A stretch of 64,000 nucleotides of DNA from Candidatus Brockarchaeota archaeon (GTDB lineage: Archaea; Thermoproteota; EX4484-205; JAAOZP01). Positions 9,664 through 17,649 of this stretch are shown here, one piece after another (the first letter of the stretch is position 1; every line of letters starts with the position of its first letter). The position numbers and the translations under genes are program-made. Location of the stretch: the NCBI GenBank assembly GCA_017601345.1, contig JAFNIT010000003.1, positions 4,994 through 68,993 on the forward strand, given 5' to 3'. The notes under the pieces were generated by a model, which ran no database searches, was not told the DNA's origin, and saw only the letters and a list, made by a program, of their open reading frames with translations.

Positions 9664-9692
9664 ACTACGTTAACGTAAACGTAGTTTATAAA
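9664..9692 (-). promoter_or_regulatory. TATA box (TTTATAAA, 9685-9692) plus inverted repeat ACTACGTT/AACGTAGT (9664-9685) upstream of the wHTH-NurA-HerA operon
   Basis: The TATA-like octamer lies about 30 nt upstream of the start codon at 9655. The perfect 8-nt inverted repeat, with the palindromic ACGTTAACGT core overlapping its left arm, lies between the TATA box and the start. Confidence 0.45.
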
Positions 9693-10000
9693 CTTTTCTG
9701 AGCCGCAAATAACAGGTTAAATGCCTGAGGAAACAAGGGGAACCAGAATTTTCCTAGCCGAGACTACGTAAGAATAATAGGTAGAATAGGCCTCATACCC
9801 TATGAACACTTTTTAGCAACATCCATCCCCAAAAACTTCCCAGCATAGATCAAGATAAGCCTGCGGTAACCCGATAACCCTCGCGTATACCCCTTGTTTA
9901 TCCTCAAACAATGGCAAAAACTTTATATATTCGCAGACCAAACTCCCTATCTCGGAGCTAAAAAACAAATCAAGAAGAATAGAAATATAGAAAAATATAT

Positions 10001-10076
10001 AGCGGGGTGGGCTAGCCAGGTCTATGCCGCAGGGCTCATAACCCTGAGATCGGTCGTTCAAATCGACCCCCCGCTA
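10001..10076 (+). tRNA. initiator tRNA-Met (anticodon CAT)
   Basis: Hand fold: AGCGGGG/CCCCGCT acceptor with A1:U72, anticodon stem CAGGG/CCCTG (three G:C pairs), loop CTCATAA, T arm GGTCG-TTCAAAT-CGACC. Confidence 0.9.
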
Positions 10077-10481
10077 CTTTTCCTTAAACAATCTATCCGT
10101 GCTTTTACCTTTAGAGATTTTCGCTCCAACCGTACGACAACCTCATCATCATGTATATCCATATCTTCAATCTCAATAATCATCAACCTCTCCTACATGC
10201 AACTTATAGCCTAATACTTTTTGCTAAATTCTTCTTTACTAGCTCCTCATTCACTAAGTCGAAAATGGTTGGCCTCCGCGATCATTTTATTGCCACTTAA
10301 GGGCTCTAGCTCACATAGCATTGAAAAATGTTGGAAGAAAACTGACCTTCCTCCCCTCTGCCACCGCTCTTATTCTGGAATCATTGTAAACTTGTTAGCA
10401 AGAGTTATTTCGAATTCCTCTAATTCCTCCCGACATCCCCAAACTCATTACTTCACTCCAAAACTGTAGTAAATTGAGATT

Positions 10482-11249
10482 TCATTCCGCCTCTTTCTCC
10501 TCATCTATTAACTTTTGCTTGAACAAGTATATGGCTATCCATTTGCCTATCCTTCCGATAAGTTTTGCATCATACCCGCACTCAACCATTTTATCTAATA
10601 TTGGGGTTTCAGGTCCATGCGTCTCAATAATATATTGCTCGGCTAAGCTTACAATTTTATTATCCAGCTTAAGCAGGGAATACTCGCAGCCTTCACAGTC
10701 CATTTTTACAAGATTTATTCTCCCCTCCTTATTGTAAATAGTCGTTAGAATATCGCATAGATCCTTCATTTGCATAGCAACCTGTTTCCCCCCAGTTGTT
10801 CTTAAACCCGTCCCATCATCCATATAGCCGACGTTAACTATGGTATCGCGGAACCACGCTCCATAGTTTAATGGAACGATCTTGCCTTCAGCATTGTTTC
10901 TAGCAATGTTTTCAACCAGGTAATCGTAGTGTCTGCCAACCGGTTCAAGTGCGTAAACCTTCTCCGCACCTTTTGAAAGGAAGAGCAAGGCGGTTTCCCC
11001 GAGGTACGCACCTATATCCACTATGATAGAACCCTTAATGTCGACGCAGGAAACTATATCCTCTAAAGGTTCTCGCAGCACCTTTAAGAGAATGATATCT
11101 TCCATATTGACAGCAATCTTGCCAAACGGTGTCTTAACGATGATCTTATCACCTGAATGACAAACATTATAGCCCTTAATTCTAGCATACAGGTGTAGGT
11201 AAATGTGAAAAATCATTGTCTTGACCTTACTGAATTCCATGGGAATCAT
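10482..11249 (-). CDS. FkbM-family SAM-dependent methyltransferase
   Basis: 255 aa. SAM motif IVDIGAYLGETALLF...KVYALEPV and C-terminal LVKMDCEGCEYSLL are typical of the FkbM family. Confidence 0.75.
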   Translation of the reverse strand: MIPMEFSKVKTMIFHIYLHLYARIKGYNVCHSGDKIIVKTPFGKIAVNMEDIILLKVLREPLEDIVSCVDIKGSIIVDIGAYLGETALLFLSKGAEKVYALEPVGRHYDYLVENIARNNAEGKIVPLNYGAWFRDTIVNVGYMDDGTGLRTTGGKQVAMQMKDLCDILTTIYNKEGRINLVKMDCEGCEYSLLKLDNKIVSLAEQYIIETHGPETPILDKMVECGYDAKLIGRIGKWIAIYLFKQKLIDEEKEAE

Positions 11250-11293
11250 AGAAAATAGCTGTAAGCATATTCATAAATTTACACTGGCAAAAA

Positions 11294-11391
11294 TGCGGGG
11301 GGTGGGATTTGAACCCACGAACCCCTACGGGAAGAGGTTCCTCCCCGAGGTCTTGAGCCTCCCGCCTTTAACCTGGCTTGGCGACCCCCGC
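11294..11391 (-). tRNA. tRNA-Leu (anticodon CAA) with a 13-nt intron at the canonical 37/38 site
   Basis: 98 nt. GCGGGGG acceptor, loop CTCAAG|A, long variable arm TCCCGTAGGGGTTC, T arm GTGGG-TTCAAAT-CCCAC. Removing ACCTCGGGGAGGA (11339-11351) restores a GGAGG/CCTCT anticodon stem. Confidence 0.85.
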
Positions 11392-11444
11392 TCTTCTTTC
11401 TCCAAGTAAAACATATTATCTCGGATTGTTTTTTAAGTTTTAGG

Positions 11445-11717
11445 TTGAGGCTGTCCGATATTTTTGCCAGCAGGGTTCAGGCGAGAGTTCTTGAAGAGCT
11501 TTTAGACGCCCCTAACACGATTTTTACTCAGATTGAGCTTTCTAGGAGGGCTGGCTGCTCTTCCTCCAGCGTTGACAGGGCTCTGAAAAAGCTTTGCAGG
11601 CTTGGGATAGTAAGGATGGATAAGCTTTCCGTTAATAAGATCGTTGCTTTAAACTTTAATAACAGGGTTGTGAGCCTACTTATCCAATTCAACAAGGATG
11701 TGAAGAAAGCTGATTGA
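11445..11717 (+). CDS. small winged-helix transcriptional regulator
   Basis: 90 aa. RVQARVLEELLDAPNTIFTQIELSRRAGCSSSSVDRALKKLCRLGIV is an ArsR/MarR-like HTH. Confidence 0.6.
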   Translation: MRLSDIFASRVQARVLEELLDAPNTIFTQIELSRRAGCSSSSVDRALKKLCRLGIVRMDKLSVNKIVALNFNNRVVSLLIQFNKDVKKAD

Positions 11718-11784
11718 GATAATTCTTAGAGAGAAGCCAGTTGGCAGAGGCATTACATTCCTCGGCTTAGAGGGGTTTAGTGGA

Positions 11785-12357
11785 ATGGGTGTTATTCAAG
11801 CGGGGAGCCTAGTCAGGCTTTTTAACATGCGGCCTATCGGCGAGATTGTTTTCTACGGTTTTCCAGACAATCTGATAATAGACTCGATGGGCACTGGCAG
11901 AATCCCCACAGTGGAGATATACTACGCTAAAACTGGGGAATTCGCGATAAGCGTGTTCACGACGATGATGAGACAGCAGTACATCGACTCCTTGATGAAT
12001 AGGGAGCGCAACATACTTCTATCAGCACTGCTCTACACTATGAATCTTATAGATTCCAAGTTTCTGATAACCATAGACTGTGTTAGCACAGCCAGCAAGA
12101 ATGAGAAAGCGTATTTAATAGTTAATTCTCCAAGACTTGTTGAAAGGTTTAAAAATAGAGAAGAGTATGCTCTGATAGAAGGAAAAAGAGTAAGAAACTC
12201 TCTCTCGTTGATAGTGGCGATGGCTAGGTTTACAAAGATCCCGGCAGTGCAGCTAATCCTGCCGATCCGAGAGCTGGCTGAGAGCAATGTTCAGCTCTGC
12301 CTCCAACACTTAGTGAGCCTCATTAAAGAAGCATTTGTCTACATAGGAAATAAGTAA
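11785..12357 (+). CDS. hypothetical protein
   Basis: 190-aa ORF with no family recognised. The frame is open from 11704 (…IEIILREKPVGRGITFLGLEGFSG-M) with no ATG/GTG/TTG start before 11785. Confidence 0.45.
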   Translation: MGVIQAGSLVRLFNMRPIGEIVFYGFPDNLIIDSMGTGRIPTVEIYYAKTGEFAISVFTTMMRQQYIDSLMNRERNILLSALLYTMNLIDSKFLITIDCVSTASKNEKAYLIVNSPRLVERFKNREEYALIEGKRVRNSLSLIVAMARFTKIPAVQLILPIRELAESNVQLCLQHLVSLIKEAFVYIGNK

Positions 12358-13701
12358 CTACGGGAAGTGCCATTGGCTTATGAAGCCATTAGCATCAAAC
12401 CCGTGTTTTTCACGCCCGTATCTTTTCAAAGGTTTAGTCAGGTGTCTATGCGCCCTTTCCGGAGGAAGGTAGGGAAAACCTTTTCTCAAGCCCCGCTCCA
12501 GCTTAATGATTTGAGGCTCCATGATACTCTCTTGACATCTCTCGCAAATAAATCCCTGCCTGAGGCCAAGATTTTTACATCTTCTACCGCACTTGGGGCA
12601 TAGTGGAGAAGTTTTCACGAGTCTTTCGCGTATTTCTAAAACCTCCATTTTCTCCGCATTAATGGTTAACAACCCTTTGTGCTCCTTAACTCCCCCGTAG
12701 ACTCTTACAAGGTCTCCTGGCTCGAGTTCAGAAGCAGCTTTCCTCAGGCTTCCGGTGGGAGAGTAGAAAGCGCAGAAAACTCTTTCGCCTCCTTGACTCA
12801 ACAATATTATAACGTGACCGCCTTGAATAATCCTCTTTTCTACTACTTCGCCCTCCACGATGACTGAATCGTATTTCTTAATATTGCCGATGGCGAGTGG
12901 CTTATCGGGGAAGTGCGCATCAGTACCCTGATTAGTCTTGAATATGCACCAACACTCAATTTCCTCCTCAGCCTTAACGAGCTTAAAGGCCTCGTAGACA
13001 GCTTGAGGAGTTTCGCCCCTTATCCCGAATAGCACAGGGTCCCTCCCGTGGGGGGTTATCAAGATACGCCCCGTTTCCGGGTCGATGTTGTTGAAAGTAT
13101 TATCAGAAACTGCCTTATCCATCGAATAAACACTCTCGCGGTCTATCATTCTAGGCTTCCCGTAATTCTCTTTAACCCTGTATGATAGAAGCTCGTAGGT
13201 ATAGTCATCGAATACTGCTCCCGCCGAGGCTAGTGCGCCCACGACCCCAACTTTAGACGTTTTCAGAAAGCTGCACGAGGCACCTACTTTCTCAGCAACA
13301 TCAAGAGCCTCAATAGGTGAAACCATGCTTCTTAAAACCCTTAAGTAGAAACTATGCAGTAAATCGCCTTTTTGAGGAACCCTGTTTAGGAAGACTATTG
13401 CAGGATCAGACCTCGGGCTATTTAAATCCGAAAGGCTTCTAACCGTGCTTAATACGATTTCTTTCACCTCATCCAGACCAATCTTAGACTCGTCAACAGC
13501 AATCCTTATGCTGACTGCCCCATTGCCCCTGGTTTTCCAAGGAATATTGGGGTTAAGCCTAACGAGAAGAGGATAGTCCAGGAACCTTATCCCGTCTTTA
13601 CCATCTAGATGCACGACTATTCTTGCAGCAACATGCGTAGTGCAGCCGAATACTTCTGAATCGGTATCGTCTATCCCGATGTTAAGCAGTGTTTCGACCA
13701 A
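12358..13701 (-). CDS. tiaS: tRNA(Ile2) 2-agmatinylcytidine synthetase TiaS
   Basis: 447 aa. N-terminal IGIDDTDSEVFGCTTH signature, OB-like middle region, C-terminal zinc ribbon CPKCGRRCKN...CERC. Confidence 0.85.
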   Translation of the reverse strand: MVETLLNIGIDDTDSEVFGCTTHVAARIVVHLDGKDGIRFLDYPLLVRLNPNIPWKTRGNGAVSIRIAVDESKIGLDEVKEIVLSTVRSLSDLNSPRSDPAIVFLNRVPQKGDLLHSFYLRVLRSMVSPIEALDVAEKVGASCSFLKTSKVGVVGALASAGAVFDDYTYELLSYRVKENYGKPRMIDRESVYSMDKAVSDNTFNNIDPETGRILITPHGRDPVLFGIRGETPQAVYEAFKLVKAEEEIECWCIFKTNQGTDAHFPDKPLAIGNIKKYDSVIVEGEVVEKRIIQGGHVIILLSQGGERVFCAFYSPTGSLRKAASELEPGDLVRVYGGVKEHKGLLTINAEKMEVLEIRERLVKTSPLCPKCGRRCKNLGLRQGFICERCQESIMEPQIIKLERGLRKGFPYLPPERAHRHLTKPLKRYGREKHGFDANGFISQWHFP

Positions 13702-13800
13702 ATGCTAAGCAGGCTTTCAAAAACAACTGTGGCTTTTAAGCGTAGTCTCAATAAATCATAGATCAAGATGTTGATGTTTAAGGATTGTAAAAACCTTAGA

Positions 13801-13874
13801 AGCCTCGGGAGGGATTTGAACCCTCGACCTGCAGCTTACAAGGCTGCCACTCTACCAGGCTGAGTTACCGAGGC
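13801..13874 (-). tRNA. tRNA-Thr (anticodon TGT)
   Basis: Hand fold: GCCTCGG/CCGAGGC acceptor, D arm ACTC-AGCCTGGTA-GAGT, anticodon arm GCAGC-CTTGTAA-GCTGC, T arm GAGGG-TTCAAAT-CCCTC. Confidence 0.9.
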
Positions 13875-13966
13875 TCGAATGATTTTTAGCCAAGAGGTTT
13901 AAAACGTTTTCGCCTTTTTAAGATCGAATGGAAAGGTTAAACTAGCTTCAACCAACTACTTAAGAC

Positions 13967-14938
13967 ATGGTTTCCAGAGCATTAGGCGAGCGTGCAATAA
14001 TAGATCTTATAAAGAAGAAGTTCTCCCAGAAGGACAATATTCTCTCACCCTACGACGATGCCTGGGGATGTGTTCTCAAAACCAAATATCTCGTTTCTTC
14101 GGGAGACATGTTTGTTGAAACAACGGATGCCCCGCCTTTTATGACTGTTAGGCAGATGGCTTTTAAAAGCTTCACAATAAGCGTTAGCGACATAGCTTCG
14201 AAAGGAGTTGCTCCAACATATTACTACTTGGTCGTAGGGCTTCCAAAAGGCTTTAGACGAGAGAGTTTTAGGGAGCTTTTGAAAGGCTGGGATGAAGCAG
14301 CAAGACTCTACGGCGGTACGATTATGGGAGGGGATACGAATGAGGCTCCTTGCATCACTATTAGCGTCATCGTAGTATCCCTCTCGGATAATCCTCCCAT
14401 CTCGAGAAGAGGCGGGAAACCCGGGGATATTGTTGCCGTAACCGGCTTCTTCGGAGAAACCTACTTAGGTTTCAAAATGATGAAGAATCCTAGTAGGATA
14501 CCTAGGAAGATAAGGAGGAGAGTAGTTGAGAAAATATGCAGGCCCGTAGCAAGACTCCATGAAGGAATAGCCCTCAACGGTGTTGCAGAAGCGTGCACTG
14601 ATTCCAGCGATGGCCTAGCTGTATCCCTCTACAATATTATTCGTGGAGGGGGGAATGGAATACTTGTTGAAAACCTTCCTCTAGCCGAGGATGTTGAAGA
14701 AGCTTTAAGCACGGTTGGAGTAGAACCTCTCCAAGCAGTGTTCTACGGTGGCGAGGAGCTGGAACTAGTTGCGGTAATCCCCAGGGAGGAGTGGAGTAGG
14801 GCTGTTGAAAAGGTTAGGCATGCAGGTGGGAGCCTCATACCGATAGGCAGGGTAATAGATAGGAGAGGAGTATGGTATCGCCGGGAAGATGGGAGAATCG
14901 TTAAAGTTTTAGAAAGAGGATGGGAACACCTTGCATAA
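13967..14938 (+). CDS. thiL: thiamine-monophosphate kinase (AIR-synthase-related fold)
   Basis: 323 aa. PurM-like pattern: YDDAWG..., SVSDIASKG, IMGGDTNEA, ACTDSSDGLA. Confidence 0.8.
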   Translation: MVSRALGERAIIDLIKKKFSQKDNILSPYDDAWGCVLKTKYLVSSGDMFVETTDAPPFMTVRQMAFKSFTISVSDIASKGVAPTYYYLVVGLPKGFRRESFRELLKGWDEAARLYGGTIMGGDTNEAPCITISVIVVSLSDNPPISRRGGKPGDIVAVTGFFGETYLGFKMMKNPSRIPRKIRRRVVEKICRPVARLHEGIALNGVAEACTDSSDGLAVSLYNIIRGGGNGILVENLPLAEDVEEALSTVGVEPLQAVFYGGEELELVAVIPREEWSRAVEKVRHAGGSLIPIGRVIDRRGVWYRREDGRIVKVLERGWEHLA

Positions 14939-14940
14939 TC

Positions 14941-15165
14941 CTAGCTTGCTACAAGAGTCTCCGTCTTATCAACGCCCTCTATCGAGTTTATTTCTGCAGT
15001 AATCATTGCCAGCTCCGATACGTCGCTTGTCTGAATCAGAACCACTATGTCAAACCTTCCGAAGCATTCGAACGCATCTATAACTCCGTCGATCTTTTTA
15101 ATTTTTTCAAGAACCTGAGTTACTTTCCCGTTGTCAACGTTAATCAACACGCAGCCATACGTCAC
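14941..15165 (-). CDS. stand-alone Lrp/AsnC-type RAM (ligand-binding) domain protein
   Basis: 74 aa. CVLINVDNGKVTQVLEKIKKIDGVIDAFECFGRFDIVVLIQTSD...IEGVDKTETLV has RAM-domain topology with no HTH. Confidence 0.7.
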   Translation of the reverse strand: MTYGCVLINVDNGKVTQVLEKIKKIDGVIDAFECFGRFDIVVLIQTSDVSELAMITAEINSIEGVDKTETLVAS

Positions 15166-15407
15166 TTCGAAACACCCTCTGTTTCAACTTCTACAAGAGT
15201 CTCCGTAGCATCAACATTTTCCAGCGATCTTATCTTCCGCACTATTCTGCCTATTCCAGAAAAACCATCTGCCTCTATTTCTGAGACAACGTCGTAAGCA
15301 CCCAGACTAGAGAACACGAGTTTAATATTCTCCATTTCCTTCAGCTTTCTGACAACGTCCTTGTAGGTTCCTGCTTTACACCTTATTAACACTACAGCCT
15401 TAACCAT
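15162..15407 (-). CDS. stand-alone Lrp/AsnC-type RAM domain protein
   Basis: 81 aa. AVVLIRCKAGTYKDVVRKLKEMENIKLVFSSLGAYDVVSEIEADG...LENVDATETLV. Overlaps the downstream paralog by 4 nt. Confidence 0.7.
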   Translation of the reverse strand: MVKAVVLIRCKAGTYKDVVRKLKEMENIKLVFSSLGAYDVVSEIEADGFSGIGRIVRKIRSLENVDATETLVEVETEGVSK

Positions 15408-15419
15408 TGCTAGTGTTCC

Positions 15420-17141
15420 TCATTTGCCTTGATTTAACTTTTTCCAAGGATGCTTCATATACAATGCGCCTTCCTGAACATCCTCTAGTCTATCTATGCC
15501 CGGGCAATTATTCAAGTAGTTTATAACCTTCTCGTTAAGAGGACCTGATGGTTTTATAATTAGGTTTATGACTCTACCGTGATAGATTTCCCTCATCGAG
15601 CTCGAAACCATTATGATGATATTATTTTTAAATGAGTAGGGTTCTCCAGTAACTGATACATTTACAAGCCACGAGTTAGATGGGAGAAACCATGATGTTA
15701 AATTACCCATCCAATCAGCCCTCCTATGGGATGTGAACATTAAGACAGCGCCCAGCCTTATATCCGTATCTATTTTAGCATTGAACAGTATAGAATAAGC
15801 GTACGCATCTTCTGCAAGTTTCAACTCCGAATAACTAACAGACTCTCTAACACCGTATGCAAATTCAGGTTTTGGAAAAGATGATGCAGCAAGTGAAAAT
15901 ATGAAATAGGCGATTATCATTCCAGCAAGATATTCTTTCTTTATACTGTCTAGCTCCTTGCTGAAAAGGCTCAGCCCGTATCCGGCTAGAGGAGTTGCAA
16001 AATATATTACGAAAGTAGGAAGCCTGTGAATAAGCACATTATAGTTTTCCAAGGAGATTATGAAGAAGGCCTCAATCATGAAGAGCGTCAACGGGGCCAT
16101 GAAGAATATTGAGTCTAAAAGCGTGCTCTTTCTACAGTATTGAATGATACCATATATTGCAAAGGGCAAGAAGCCGAGCGATATGGGAATAGTAAACCAT
16201 AGGATTGTTGGAAGGGCTTCAGGATGGAAGATCATTGTCAAAAAGCTTGGAAGGACCATTCCAATTATAGGCATTAATATAAACGTCTTTCTGGAGGCGG
16301 ATTTCTCAAACTTCTTAAGAAATCTTATGGGTTCTACTATGGCTATTGGGAAAAGGAATACTCCTGCAAGTAGTATAACGGGGAAGAGTCTAATCTTCGT
16401 AACCATATTGAAAAGAAGTATTAACGTGTTTTCATCTTCTCCTGAAAGATTCCATATATAATTTGAGGAGACTAAAAGAATGATAATTGTTATTAAAATC
16501 AAAGCAAGCAGGCGTAGTAAGCCTCTTTCCCTTAAATATCTTACGTAATAGTAAAGATATGAAAGAAAGAGGGATGAGAAGAAAAGAAATAATTGAAAAA
16601 CGGAAAGATGATGGCTCATAACAGTAAAGAAACCTGAAACCATTGCCAAGTACATCCATCTCCAATCTTCAAACGCTTTCCTCATAAAAAGCACTGATAA
16701 TCCGAAGAATAATAATCCTAAGCCCTCCGGTATTATCACACCACCTATTTGATGTACAAGTAGATTCGTTACTGCGAGGTATAGCAGCGTGTATATTGGT
16801 TCGTTTTCAGATGTTTTGAAACCTTTAGAGATAAAGTATGGCGGAAGAATGAAGAATGTAAATATAAGTGGTTCTATAAAAATTAGTATATTTAGGAACA
16901 TTTCATAGCCGAATGTTTTCAAGATTGCGAGTTGAACATAGTAGAAAAGCGGCCCGTGAGGCATGGAGACATGTTTACCTTCATTAAGCACAAGAATTCT
17001 TGACGTAAACTCATAGATGTCAAAACCATAAGGTAGACCATATTTTAGAGAAGGAGTAATCCTGAGAAGCATCGCCAGCATGAATACGAGAAGCAACCAA
17101 CAGGTATTTGTTTTTCTTAGCCTATCCAGGTTTGAACCCAT
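15420..17141 (-). CDS. polytopic membrane protein, possible GT-C-type glycosyltransferase
   Basis: 573 aa with many hydrophobic helices followed by a C-terminal soluble domain of about 130 aa. Sits in a glycosylation gene neighbourhood. The family assignment is not certain. Confidence 0.4.
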   Translation of the reverse strand: MGSNLDRLRKTNTCWLLLVFMLAMLLRITPSLKYGLPYGFDIYEFTSRILVLNEGKHVSMPHGPLFYYVQLAILKTFGYEMFLNILIFIEPLIFTFFILPPYFISKGFKTSENEPIYTLLYLAVTNLLVHQIGGVIIPEGLGLLFFGLSVLFMRKAFEDWRWMYLAMVSGFFTVMSHHLSVFQLFLFFSSLFLSYLYYYVRYLRERGLLRLLALILITIIILLVSSNYIWNLSGEDENTLILLFNMVTKIRLFPVILLAGVFLFPIAIVEPIRFLKKFEKSASRKTFILMPIIGMVLPSFLTMIFHPEALPTILWFTIPISLGFLPFAIYGIIQYCRKSTLLDSIFFMAPLTLFMIEAFFIISLENYNVLIHRLPTFVIYFATPLAGYGLSLFSKELDSIKKEYLAGMIIAYFIFSLAASSFPKPEFAYGVRESVSYSELKLAEDAYAYSILFNAKIDTDIRLGAVLMFTSHRRADWMGNLTSWFLPSNSWLVNVSVTGEPYSFKNNIIIMVSSSMREIYHGRVINLIIKPSGPLNEKVINYLNNCPGIDRLEDVQEGALYMKHPWKKLNQGK

Positions 17142-17608
17142 AGGGCTTCATCCTTCCTTATAACTATCAGATCGTAGCTATTAGTTCCAGATAGAAAACT
17201 CGGATTTAAGCAGTAGACTGCTAGAATACGTTTAACTCCGAAACCAGGCATCAAACCTATTTTAATGACTTTTTCTTCTCGCGGCAAGATTTGTATAACA
17301 CTATGATTAAAAACTTTAAAACCTGTGAAGCTATAGAAAGTATTGTTTTCACATACGGTGCTGTCGTCGTAGCCGAGCATTATGAACAAAACTCCTTCAG
17401 ACTTTCTACTCGAATTATTGCTTATTGAAAGATTTATGGAAACACCCTGCTGGTCTTCTTCACAGCCGATTATCTTCATCGAAACGAAACCTCGGGGTAG
17501 AGATTCTGAAAATTCGTATGCAATAAAGAGCAGTATTAGGAAAGAGCTCATTAACAATAGTGTTTTCTTGAAAAAGGCACCTTTCCCATTTACTTCATCT
17601 TCTCGCAA
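17117..17608 (-). CDS. hypothetical N-terminally membrane-anchored protein
   Basis: 163 aa. One N-terminal TM helix (LLLMSSFLILLFIAYEF), then a beta-rich domain with N-x-S/T sites. Overlaps the downstream membrane protein gene by 25 nt. Confidence 0.4.
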   Translation of the reverse strand: MREDEVNGKGAFFKKTLLLMSSFLILLFIAYEFSESLPRGFVSMKIIGCEEDQQGVSINLSISNNSSRKSEGVLFIMLGYDDSTVCENNTFYSFTGFKVFNHSVIQILPREEKVIKIGLMPGFGVKRILAVYCLNPSFLSGTNSYDLIVIRKDEALWVQTWIG

Positions 17609-17649
17609 AGGATAGGCGTTACATAAGATTTAAGCTTATTAAAGTATCG

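Noticed and set aside
10058-10183. 41-codon minus-strand ORF with a GGAGAGG motif 4 nt upstream (MIIEIEDMDIHDDEVVVRLERKSLKVKARIDCL...)
   Set aside because: Its 3' end overlaps the initiator tRNA gene on the opposite strand and it has no family support. The surrounding 400 bp (10077-10480) otherwise looks non-coding.
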